A stretch of 64,000 bases of DNA from Antedon mediterranea (taxonomy: Eukaryota; Animalia; Echinodermata): NCBI RefSeq assembly GCF_964355755.1, contig NC_092671.1, positions 40,372,304-40,436,303 of the forward strand. Reading direction: 5' to 3'. The position numbers and the translations under genes were made by a program. This document shows, one piece after another, positions 40,352-52,010 of this stretch; the stretch's first letter is position 1; every line of letters begins with the position of its first letter. A model generated the notes under the pieces. The model was given only the letters and a program-made list of their open reading frames with translations, was not told where the DNA came from and searched no databases.

Positions 40352-43300
40352 CTATTCACTAAATCGATTGATTTCTGTGATCGTTAACATTGGCGGCTCA
40401 ATCGAAGGCCTAGGCGTTAACATAGAATGAGCAGTTAGGCTTCGAATTGGTCGCGGAGGTCTTGATCGAGTCGACTGATGTGACGAAACGGTAGAGTTAG
40501 TGTAAAGATATACGGCCGAAACTCCCGAAATCTCACCAGCGGGTAACGCACAAGATATTACAGCAAATGATACGGAAAAGCCGTATGTGAACACTTTCTT
40601 ATTTGATCGAGGCATCTTCTCCATCATTACTTGATCAATGCAAAAGAAAAACAACAGTAAACCTAACATAATGAACAACCCTGAAAGATAAAAAATAATC
40701 CGATGATCATCACATCAATATTTAAGCATTATCACTACCATATTTGGGCACATCACATATTTTTGTTGTCACATAAAATCCGATAGGCCTATGTGGGAGA
40801 TGATTTAACTTTCACAGAGTGACATTACATTCTTTCCTTACGGACGGATGATATTTTAGGGGGTAAACATTTATGTACTCTCTAAGTTAAGTCTGTACTT
40901 TATGAATAAAGTACAGACTTAACTTAGAGAGTACATAAATGTTGCTTCATTTTTCCTATTTTTTCTTATGAGATAGCCAATTAAACTTTTTATTCTAAAT
41001 TTGTTGTGCTTTATTTTTCTATATAAATTATATTTATTTTAATTTAATTGTTATTGTTATATGTTTATATGTCTCGTCATGATGTATTTTTGTTAGGGAC
41101 CCTAATGAGCAGCTTCGGCTGGATGGACCACCCTCGTAAAATGTTGTTGAAATAACAAAATCTTTAAAAAAACCTGATAATATAAATGTCTTTCCAGCTA
41201 TAAACACCCAGTGTCGACGTGCAGTGGAGAAGCTATCGGTCAATCCATAAGTTGCCATTCCACAACCAAGTATGGTTAAAAACAAGCTGATAAAAAGCAG
41301 AATTGTTGTTTTCCATATTCCTCCTTTACAAAACAAAACAAAAACAATAAATAAGTAAACAAATAAAAAAGTGCTCTATCAAAACTTCATGTGACAAAAA
41401 CATGTGATGTGCCCATGGACATGATGATGTCATATCACATACATATTTAAGCATATCACTACCATATTTGGGCAAATCACATATTTTTGTCACAAAGTTT
41501 GAAAGTTCGTTTACACTATCAAACTAAAGTTTGACAAAAAGTGTGATGTGCCCAAATTTGGTAGTGATATGCCCAATATGGTAGTGATATGACATCATCA
41601 TGTCCATATATGGGCACATCACATTTTTTTGTCACATAAAGTTTGTTGTAGACAGAGTTTTAAATAGATCCCACATGAGAATTGTTGTGCGGTACAGATA
41701 AAATGAAACTGATAAGATAGTATACTTAATTTATTTACAACTGGATATTCCAATTATGGAAATGGTCACCGGGCCATCTCAAGTGACACTGTATATAGTT
41801 GTATTATAATACAAGTATTTTGTTTGTATAGAGAAATATTTTATGGAGTTAATTCGCACGTTTGTCTCACGAGAGAAGAAATGTTGTCCTTTTCTAATGA
41901 TTTTACTATATTTATTTTACTTTTCACAGAGACATTTGGCTGAAACCAATGAGGTGTGACAGACGCGGCATCAAAGATGAGCACGCTCATAATTATTTTT
42001 ATTACAGCAGGTCTTACAGAAAGCCATGTATGATGAAACATACTAAAAACCATCTTGTGTTTTGCTATAATATATATAATACAGTCTTCATCGTCGTTTT
42101 CTTTTTAATTTTCGTGATTTAGGGTGGAAATTAAGCTCGTACTTAAATCAGCCTATACTTCTTAAATCAATAACGATACAAACTTATTCCCAACAGATTG
42201 AAAAGCCAAACTGCAATCACTACAATTATCAATCACCTCAATAAATAAAGGAGAAAGTCAAATCATTTGTTGAATGTTGGTACGTATACATACACTTTAT
42301 ATCGCGTAAACTCATTTCACGCTCATGAATATTCATAGTATAAATTACTTCACGTCTGCAGCGCTTGTTATAATCAAATGTATAATGCAACCCACTGGGA
42401 ATTGGTGGATTTATTATATCTGGTTAGATTTAAAACGGGTGGAAATAACGAGATATATAGCGTGTTTTGATTGCATTGTACAAAACCAATTGTGCAGATA
42501 GTGGATGTCGAGGAAAGATATATTATAGCAAAGTTATACTGAATGTTGAGCCTCATTCGGATCCAGTCGGTGTGTACAACACGGATAAAGGCCAATTTAC
42601 ACAGAATAAACATATCGAATCTATGTTTATTTCTTATTACCATTTACACAACGCGGAACGGACGGGTGGTTTCCGGTCAGGATAGATATAGATTCTACGT
42701 TGGACAAGCTACGCGGTTTTCCGCGTACCGTTACCGCTCGTGTCTGTGTAAGCGGCCTTTAAAGGCCTACTAACAACTACTGCCAGCAGTCCCATTCAGT
42801 CGGAGGCGTATACCCCTCTCCATCTACACACGCCGGCTCAATGTGAACATGGGTCATTGTATAAAACGAATAATACCTAGCTGAGTGTCCCTCCAATGGT
42901 TCTAATTGTCTGAAACCGCCACTAATCAATCTAGGCCTACCACTAAGTTAAGCGTGGTTCCCACTAGCGACGCAACACAAGGACATGACGTAACGCAACG
43001 CAAGTGAATTGACCAATCACAAGCGATGGCTTATTCGCTTGTGATTGCTAACTTCGCTTGTCATTGGTTAAAACGCTTGCGTTGCGTTTACGTCCTTGCG
43101 TTACGTTCTAGTGGGAACCACGCTTTAGGTCTAACGTTTATGCTAAATTTGAAACTTACGTAAGAGAGCAACATTTATGTTCGGAGGTGGTTGAGATAAG
43201 TTTGTCGACATATACGGTATTTTTCCACACTCATCAATTGCTGTAGTATCTGGAATAAGAATTCAAGCTAATTCTTAAATGTTTTACTTCTTATATTGTT

Positions 43301-43881
43301 GTAATAGTATTATGTAATGATAGGCCTATATCATTACCTCCGTCAATATGAGGTTATGTTTAAGTAATGTTATGAGAAAGATCACATGCACTTTAAAAAG
43401 GAAATTTTGATGACTTGATCAGGTTTATTACAACGAATGTAACATAAACAAACACAGAATGCTTTTAACACATTATTTTAATACCTAAACATCAGTATGT
43501 CGTTATTACATATTAAACAGATACGCAGTTCTTACCATTTTTGCCATTTGGTGCGAAATATGGCGGTATAGTTTCACTATCACGATCCGGCCCTTTCCAC
43601 AGATTACTCGGAATCCAAATGATTTCGACTAAAAAAAATCAAAATAGCAAGTAACTTATTTCGTCTGCGTCACTGAATACCGTAGTGTCGTCGCCAAGTT
43701 ATCGTCGTCACAATGCTCGCTTGGACGCAGCACAAGTGTAGCGCGCACCGTAATTGACTAATCACAACGTGTGTGGATCATCATTCCAAATCTGTCATCG
43801 CTTTTTTGTGTGGTGGTAAACTCATTTGCATTGCGCATACGCGCGTGGCCACCAACCAATACCGTAGTGGTCGCCATCGTC

Positions 43882-43912
<31 letters not shown>

Positions 43913-46900
43913 GTTCATTCTTATATAGCGCTCTACAAGCAAGCTTCTTTAAGCGCCTAACATTATTACCCCAGTAATTTTTTTTGATCAAACACGTATG
44001 GAAACATACTCCCATAATGCAGCTAGTAATCAGCGCAAAGTTGTGTCTTGGTCTAAGCGGGTACCTATTTATACACCTGGGTGGAGAGCGGCAAACGTAA
44101 GTAAAGTATCTTGCCTAAGGTTGCAAGCAATGCGGCGAGAGTTGGATTCGAACCTCGGTCTCACGATCAGTAGTTTAACGTCCAACACCATGCGCCACAC
44201 GTCACAATGCTTGGACGCAGCACACAAGGACGATAGCGCACCGCAAGGACCGTCAGCGGGCCAGCGGCCATTTTAATTTGTACATCAAGGACCGGCAGCG
44301 GACCAGCGGCCATTTTTGTTTGCACACTGGCATTTAATCTAAAGACATACACGATATAATAAGCAAAGTAAATACTGATCTAAAACATGTACAACTATGG
44401 TTACCAAGTAACAAATTAAGTCTAAACATTAAAAAGACTGAATATATGATTTTAGGAACACATCAAAAATTAAATAAATTGATTAACATGGATATTAATG
44501 TTAATATAGACGGTACAAAACTTGAAAAAGTAAATAACTGTAAACATTTAGGTGTCATTATCGATGAAAATTTAAAATGGCATAAACAAATAGATCAGGT
44601 GAAAAATAAAGTAATATCAGGTCTGTACTATCTAAAAAAATGCAGCAATATTTTCCCTCAAAATATTCAATCATTAATGTACACATCTATCATAGCCCAC
44701 TATTTTGACTACTGCAATGTAGTATGGGGTCGTTGTAACCAAACCCTAAAATATAAACTCCAAGTACTCCAAAATAGAGCGGCTAAAATAATTACACATA
44801 CATCTAGGTATGACTCTAGCTCACAGGCGCTCAAAGATTTAAATTGGCCTAATTTAGAAGAAAAATAATATTACAACGAAGCAGTCACAATGTATAAAAT
44901 AATGAATAACTTGACACCATCCTACTTAAGAAACAGATTCTATGAACGCAAACAAACATATAATACTAGATCAAAAGATATTCTAAGTTTACATAAGGCA
45001 AACACTGAGTATAAAAAGAAAAGTTTCTCGTATTCTGGCGAAAAGCTATGGAATAGTTCAAATGCTATAAACTCAAATGCAATTACAGCTCCTAATATAC
45101 ATATATTTAAAAAAATTATAAATGACCAAAGATAAAATATACTTGAAACTCTATATTTTTCATGAAATCTTTTTTTCTCTTCCATACAGAGAACAACTCC
45201 TACAGGATCGAAACGTTAAAACAAATTATCATCTAAACTCAATGTACTTCATACTCCATTACTAATTAAAAATACCCGTCTAAAAGTGACTGATGAAACA
45301 AATTACAATTACTAGCAGTTAAACATTAAGTCTGCAGAACCCATTATATCACTTCTTTACCAAAAAAAGAAAGAATATAATTATTGAAATAGTGATAATA
45401 TTCACCTCATCTTGTATCATAAACTATTATTATATGTATATGCGCTGTGTATTACCCTCCGAGGTGCAACCATGCAATGCTGCTTTCTGACCACATTGTG
45501 ACAACAGTGGATAAGATTCAAGGAATAAATAATAAAGCAGCATTTATTATACTAGGCGGGTCATGATTAGGTTTAGTAATTAATTTTGAGTTTTTATTTT
45601 TTAGTGTTGATATCAGACAAAAGTGCAGTTAAAAAACTATTATTAGAACATAATCCATTTTTTTGGAAACACACTCCCATAATAAATAACCAACCAGATT
45701 GTCTTGATGGTAAAACGTATAAAATGATCTTGAAAATTATAAATGCACTGACATGCTTTGTTAGAAGAAAATCTCAATTATCTAAATGTTCTGTAAATAG
45801 GCTAAAGGGTTGAAAGTGGCTTCTCCGCCATATCGTATACACATTCTGACGAGTGAGCCAATTAAACAAGTTAGAGAGAAGCAAGATGAATGAAACGTGG
45901 CATCTATTTGCGTCTAGTGGGAACAGCTTAAATGAAACTTTAAGAAGTAGGCCCATATAAAAACGAGGACAAGCATCATGTAGTATCAATATTCAGTGCG
46001 TGTAAAAGGGGTTACTTTTCAACGCAACTTACGAATAATGTTCTTAGAATCTTGCGCTATAAAATGCACTAGAGTCAATGGGGAAATAACATGATTTAGA
46101 GTACTGACTATCAAAACTTTCATATTTAATTCATTCCGACATCACTTAGGAGAACATCAATTACTGCCGAGTTTGGGCTAACGTAAATGACTTCTTTTAG
46201 TACTGATGCATCAGAAATAATGTGATAAACACATACATAAGAGACAAACCAGGCTTCTTTACCGACTACGGGCAAATAAGGTCATATAATACATTAATGA
46301 AACACTCTAAAAACAACCAATCCTAGGCACGCCGTTTATTATCAGAACTAACCTATATTTGTTGTCAGGACAATGAGCATCGGTTTATTCGAAAGAAAGT
46401 GATTTAGCTATATAAATTTATATTCATTTCAATCGTGAAAACATTACTTTCTGGTTTATTTGAAAGATAATATAAAAACTGAATCGATGAATTAAATTAT
46501 TAAACAATAAAAAATCAACTATCTTATAAAGAACAGACAATGTTGCAAGTGCATGTGAAGCGTTGGGCCACGAAATGGTTACCGTATATCACTGAACATT
46601 TCATTGTAAAATATGCATGTTTTTTGACAAATTAATCGTTGATGACAATTGATGACAAATGTTTGGAAAATGAAGATAAAATAAAAAGAAATAATTGATT
46701 GTGATAAGATCTAATTCAAACTATTTAAGATATTTTTGGTTTAATGTTAAAGAAGCCTTTATGTCTGCTGATAATATAAATAACGCATTATATCGAATTA
46801 TTATCGAAACAAAAGCTTTATTTATATCTTTGTCCATGCATATGCATTAATCGCATTCCTCACGAGAAGTAGAAACACAATTGTGTTAATTTCCATACAA

Positions 46901-48871
46901 ATAATTACTCTCAAAAGTACAGTACTGACAATCGGAAACACCGACGAAAACACATCGCGATGTGTTAACTTTGTGCATTTCCCTATAGTACACCGACGGC
47001 TTGTGATGTATTGTTAATGCATATTACATTTTGTGAAATTAAATGATACAATAATAACTAGGCCTAAGTATTGTTTTGTGTATAATTATAACAACTCAGA
47101 AAATAAGTAGCGAACACAAAGACGTTGTGAGTTTATGTTTAGTGCGCGACAATGACGGAGTTACAGATATGTGTTTCAAACAATGTAGGCCTAAAGCTTT
47201 GTATACACTATCTAAAAAGGTTGACAAAAAAAAGTGTGATGTGTCTAAATATGGCAGTGATATGCCAATATATGGTAGTGGTATGACATCATCATGGGCA
47301 TATATATGGACATCACATTTTTTGTCACATAAAGTTTGATAGTGTAGGCCCTATAGGCCCTATGGACCCTATAGGCCTAGACAAAGCTTAAGTTAAAACA
47401 TTGTTGTTGGTTTGTAGGTTTATTGTAAGCCTTATAATGAAGTGTGATTTTTATAAGTTCATTGGCTTGTGAGTGTGAATAGCCTTATGTGTTGTATCTG
47501 GATTACTTTGTTATGTTCGTTTTAATGTGTTTATGACGAGAGAACGGCAAGTCGTTTGACTTACCAAATATTTTAAAAGCTGTTTTATCATGATGTTATT
47601 TGACGTTAACTAAGAACATTATACTGATGTTTTGACTACTTAGGCCTATCATTTTGAACGAAATTTACGAGGGTATTGATGCCTTTAAGTGACCGTAAAT
47701 GTTAATATTGTAGAATTTTGATTGTGTGAATGCCCCTTTATAATATGGCAACGCGGTCGTGTACTTGTCACGTGATCATGATTCATGATGACGATGATCG
47801 CATGTCCCTACTAGTACTAGGGCCTGAGGTCTAGGCCTAATTTCACACAGATGTTCTTAAATATCTTTCTAAATAAAATACAATCAGTACAGATGGTATC
47901 TGTACTATTATATAAATATATAAACTGAAAAAAACATTCACAGAAGTACTTGTCGGGGCCATAACAAATCGCGTCTTCCAGGAAATGCCAAATCAGCCGA
48001 ATCCCGTCTCGCGATGAGCAGGCCGAACGAATTGGCTTTGCTCCCGCATGCGTAGTAGAATTTCACGGTCTGTTGCATCTCGATAATCGCCGCGTCGTGT
48101 GTTTCGAAAGCTGCCTATTTTGTTCACCACGGAGACGACAGACTCGAGTGCGCGTCATTTTTTTTCGCCACGACGGCCGGCCGGAGAGAGACAGACTCGT
48201 GTGCGCGTCATTTTGTTCGCCACGGAGAGACAGGCTCGTGTCACACACGGCCGGCCGCCGGAGACAGACTCGCGTGCGCGTCATTTTATTCGCCACGGCC
48301 CGGAGACAGAGACTCGTGTGCACGTCATTGTGTTTGTCGGAACGATTTTTGTCAAACTAAATTAATAATATATGAATGCAGAGTGGAGTTGTGGCTTGGT
48401 GGTTATGATGCTTGGCTACCAATCTAAGGGTCCTGGGTTCAAGTCCTGTCATATGTCAGGGTTTTTTTCTCATGACAATTTACAACTCCACTCCCAAAGA
48501 CTTAATAATAAGTCTTTGTTTATGTAGAGCATCTTGTGTATATGTTTGTCTTGTGAAATTTTAAATAGTTTATCCATCCTGTAATTGGCGGGTTACTCGC
48601 TGTTGGATGAGTATGAAATAATAATAAAATAATAATAAACATTACCTTCATATGGGCAAGCCTTAAATAATCCTGCATGTAGTTTCACCCATGCCTGAAG
48701 TGTAGCATTTCCAAACTCCCTTTCATAGGCCAATTCTGTTGTTACAATCCAATAATCACTAAATAGACCTCCAATTAGCAGCAACATTGAGAGAACTCCA
48801 AACAGCAACATACCAACAGTGAGCAATGGCTGTTTCTTTGAACCCAGTCTTAGACCTGGTAATTTCTGCAT
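40352..48871 (-). CDS. CACNG/TARP (stargazin)-like, PMP22/claudin-fold four-TM protein
   Basis: Exons 48646-48871 (TM1, SDYW, HAGLFKAC), 43536-43628, ~42295-42419, 41174-41323 (TM2/3) and 40352-40680 (YGFSVSFAVIS...SGVSAVYLY). The junction between ~42295 and 41323 is unresolved. Confidence 0.75.
40866..40943. repeat. Perfect 38-bp inverted repeat with a 2-nt loop
   Basis: aacatttatgtactctctaagttaagtctgtactttat-ga-reverse complement. Confidence 0.95.
41375..41660. mobile_element. Two adjacent MITE family A copies in opposite orientation
   Basis: Family core at ~41375-41503 and in reverse at ~41507-41660. Confidence 0.75.
42589..42758. mobile_element. MITE family C copy
   Basis: aggccaatttacacaga ... 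tctgtgtaagcggcct. Confidence 0.7.
42951..43124. mobile_element. MITE family B copy with TTA TSD
   Basis: TIR agcgtggttcccactag / ctagtgggaaccacgct. Confidence 0.9.
43881..44200 (-). mobile_element. tRNA-derived SINE with a CORE-like body, L2-like 3' end and (ATT)n tail
   Basis: tggcgcatggt and ggttcgaatcc boxes; ccttaggcaag...ctctccacccaggtgtataaataggtacc; gcgctatataag followed by (tat)n. Confidence 0.75.
44345..45135 (+). mobile_element. LINE (L2/Crack group) 3' fragment
   Basis: NKLSLNIKKTEYMILG...KHLGVIIDENLKW...FDYCNVVWG...LQNRAAKII, with an in-frame stop at 44866. Confidence 0.88.
47194..47347. mobile_element. MITE family A copy
   Basis: Shared core and TIR remnants. Confidence 0.8.
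48100..48335. repeat. GC/CpG-rich degenerate tandem repeat in a CACNG-like intron
   Basis: About 5 units of ggagacagactcgtgtgcgcgtcatttt...cgccacgg. Confidence 0.8.
48380..48496 (+). mobile_element. tRNA-derived SINE-like sequence
   Basis: tggcttggtgg and ggttcaagtcc boxes; the ends gagtggagttgt / acaactccactc are complementary. Confidence 0.6.
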
Positions 48872-49629
48872 CTTTCTATAAAAAAGAAAAGTTACAGAAC
48901 ATTTTTATTATTATTTTCATTAATAATAACAAAATGAAGGTCTTCTAATCAAACCTTTAGTATCATAATCAAAGCCCAACAATATAATCCATTTTTTTAG
49001 AAATATAATATTGTACAATTTTTACGAGGAAATCTCAGTATAATAATATAATTGTGTAACTGATCATGTTAGCTGGTTTAATGCCGATGCAATAATCAGA
49101 CGTGTTTTCAAGATGGTGCTGCTTTGATGTATTTTCATCAAGGTAATATCAACGGTAATAAGTAGAACTGTACAAGTAATATCTGTAAACGTAAAGCATG
49201 TCAGGCGATGAAATGTTGAAAGATGAACGTGTTTGCCAATATAACGGCAATTAGATTCATGTTTTTAAGAAGATATATGCATTTACGGTATCATAGTATT
49301 ATATTCATTTATCATTATCACCATAAAATCATTGTCCTTCGTCATTATCACCCTCATATCTTCGTCAATCATCAATCGTCATCACATCACCGTCATTAGA
49401 ATAATGTTTAATTACATACAATTGCTTAAAATAAATTTCCCACATTGGAATGTCGAAATTGATAATATGTAATTTTATGACACAGGAATTAATACAATTG
49501 TTTCTAATCTGAGTCAACTGTAAGGAATTTGGATCTGGATATAGACTCACGGTTGGTCGTAATATTGAACAGAATATTCTACCACGTTTAATAACATTTA
49601 TTTTCTATTTACAGAATTAGTAATTTTCA

Positions 49630-49821
49630 CGATGGATGGATTGATGAAATGGATGAGATGGATGGATGAATGAGATGGATGGATGAGATGATGGATGGAT
49701 GAATGAATGAATGTGATGGATGGATGAATGAGATGGATTGATGAATGAGATGGATGAATGAATGTGATGAATTGATGAATGAATGTATGAATACATGAAT
49801 GAGATGGATGGATGGATGGAT
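49630..49821. repeat. (GGAT/GAAT)n microsatellite
   Basis: Degenerate tetranucleotide array. Confidence 0.92.
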
Positions 49822-51789
49822 AGTACTGAGACAGACATACAGACCCCTTCCTTAATACTGGTTGTAATCAATTTCAATAGCGTTCAAAGCAACGCTGAAA
49901 CATTAATTTTACATTTTGAATCGTCACACTACCTTGTATACGTAATATATGTCATAATCGTAATTCCACCTTTTCTTCAGTTCACTTGACGAAACCGACG
50001 TTAATCACACTAGGTGTTAATTTACGAAACTTAATGATGCACAGCTTGCTAGGGTTGAATGTGTTGAGTTGAACTTTCTTTTACAACACTAATAACGACT
50101 ATTCTACTAACCTACTCCACCCTATCATGCATAATGCTAATAATAAAAAATATATCAAAGTTTAGCGGAACGAAATTAAACAATGTCAAAATGATAAATT
50201 ACCATACAAAACGAATTGGAAATATAAATGCATTATTGTGAACGCCAATCACAGAACAGAGCATAACATATCGCAGAATAACCAATCGGTCATTTATAAA
50301 TAGCTGTATTGTTACGTATAGAAAATAATTAATACTGTTTCTAATGAAACTGACTGCATAAGCAAATAAAGACAATGAGAATTCTTATTTTTTCCACTCT
50401 AGACGAACTTATTCGCGGGAATCGAATACGTTGACCGCTGCACATCCGTAAAATATTATTTTCATTTACCTTTGTGGCATGAAAAATGCAAGAAATCAGA
50501 ACTCAAGAATATATCAATTCATGCGAATATTATTAGATTAATGAAAAACGGGGTTTATAATCAATTCATATGAAAGGGCTTCTCGTGGGTGCAACCTAAC
50601 CCTAATTACTGCGCAAAAAATGAGTATTGGTGTAATAAATATAAGCCACCAAATCAGCGTTACGGCGTTGGCGCATCATCAGTGTTGTCACTTCGTTGAA
50701 AGCTGTATCATCAGCATTTGTAAATCAGCAGGTAAGATTGCCTCGGCATCAACATATATTGTAGGTGATTTATAGTTCCAGTGAAATTAAACTGGAACGA
50801 TGTATTAAACCAGTAAAAAACCTATATAATTACAGCACGCATCATGTGAAGATTAAAATACTGAAATTGCATGCGGAAAGATAGATACAAAGATTGGTGC
50901 TTGAAATACGGATAGCAGCGATATATTTACGAGATATAAACTATAAAACAATTTTAACAAATGGAATTTTAGGTTATAAAAGTTAAACAAATAAAAGTAA
51001 TTTAAAATATGCTGCTGACGATGAATAAGAAAAGATAAACTTGATAGCACAAGTTGGCTGTTTATGGAACGTAATCAATCTATGTGTAAACGCCCGAGAG
51101 AGTGTTGGTCATCCGGCCATCAGTAGGCCTAACATTAAAACACATTCATATAAATGCAAATTCTCTAAACAACGAACACTTAGTGACGGTGCAATAACAT
51201 TAGTTCCCAAACATATCCATTGTAATTTACTATAGTTTTATGACTGTAATTTTTCAATATTTTAACTCACGCTTTCTGCTTTTTATTGTGCAGTTTTCTA
51301 TCCATTTTATGTGTATTTTTCTTTTTGCCTTGTGTACATGTGTTGACAATGATTTTTACCAAATAAATGAATGGTGGAAGGTATAGCCCAATAAATGGAA
51401 TCTTATCAACAAAACCAGATGATTTGGTATCCGAATGAGAGATTACACGGACGTGTGTAACTAATTCAATACTTTTGAAATGCAAGTAATGGTAATGCTT
51501 CCCGACAAAACATTGTGGCTATCGACTGATCGTAAATAACTATCAATATTATTATAAATGAGAGAGACATTATAAGGCCTATTAACACAGCACATGGATT
51601 AGAATAATGACTATATGCTTTGCCAAAGTACTTTTAACTAAATGGAGGCAGATAGGCCTATGTTTTCATTCATAAATGTTTAATTTGTACTGTGTAGTCT
51701 GAGTTAGAACTAAAATAGAAAGATTATTTACAATAATATTGTAAAACATAACGAAGTAACGAAAACAGAATTAATTGAACAATACTTAC

Positions 51790-52010
51790 CTGAACTAGAC
51801 TACTGCTACCGATTCCAACTAATCCAACCGATGTGAACGAAGTGATTTCCAGATGAATTCGCGATACGCCTGGCTGGATAGTCCTTAACGACAAACTAAT
51901 TATTGTACGCAGTAGTGTTGGACGCCGTAGTCGTCGTATTTTCATCAACTTTACAGTTTGTATTTTACAACGTGTATGACAGCGGGTAGCATTGTTTTGC
52001 CAACTTGGCC
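51790..52010 (-). other. Putative 5' UTR first exon of the CACNG-like gene
   Basis: Consensus donor CAG|gtaagt at 51790 in a CpG-rich patch; an acceptor lies just upstream of the 48871 ATG. Confidence 0.5.

Noticed and set aside
45185-45250. gatcgaaacgtt, a possible second hammerhead
   Set aside because: No intact CUGANGA-type core or stem I; at most a decayed PLE remnant.
51782-51792. atacttacctg, matching the U1 snRNA 5' end
   Set aside because: It is the reverse complement of a splice donor; no U1 body follows.
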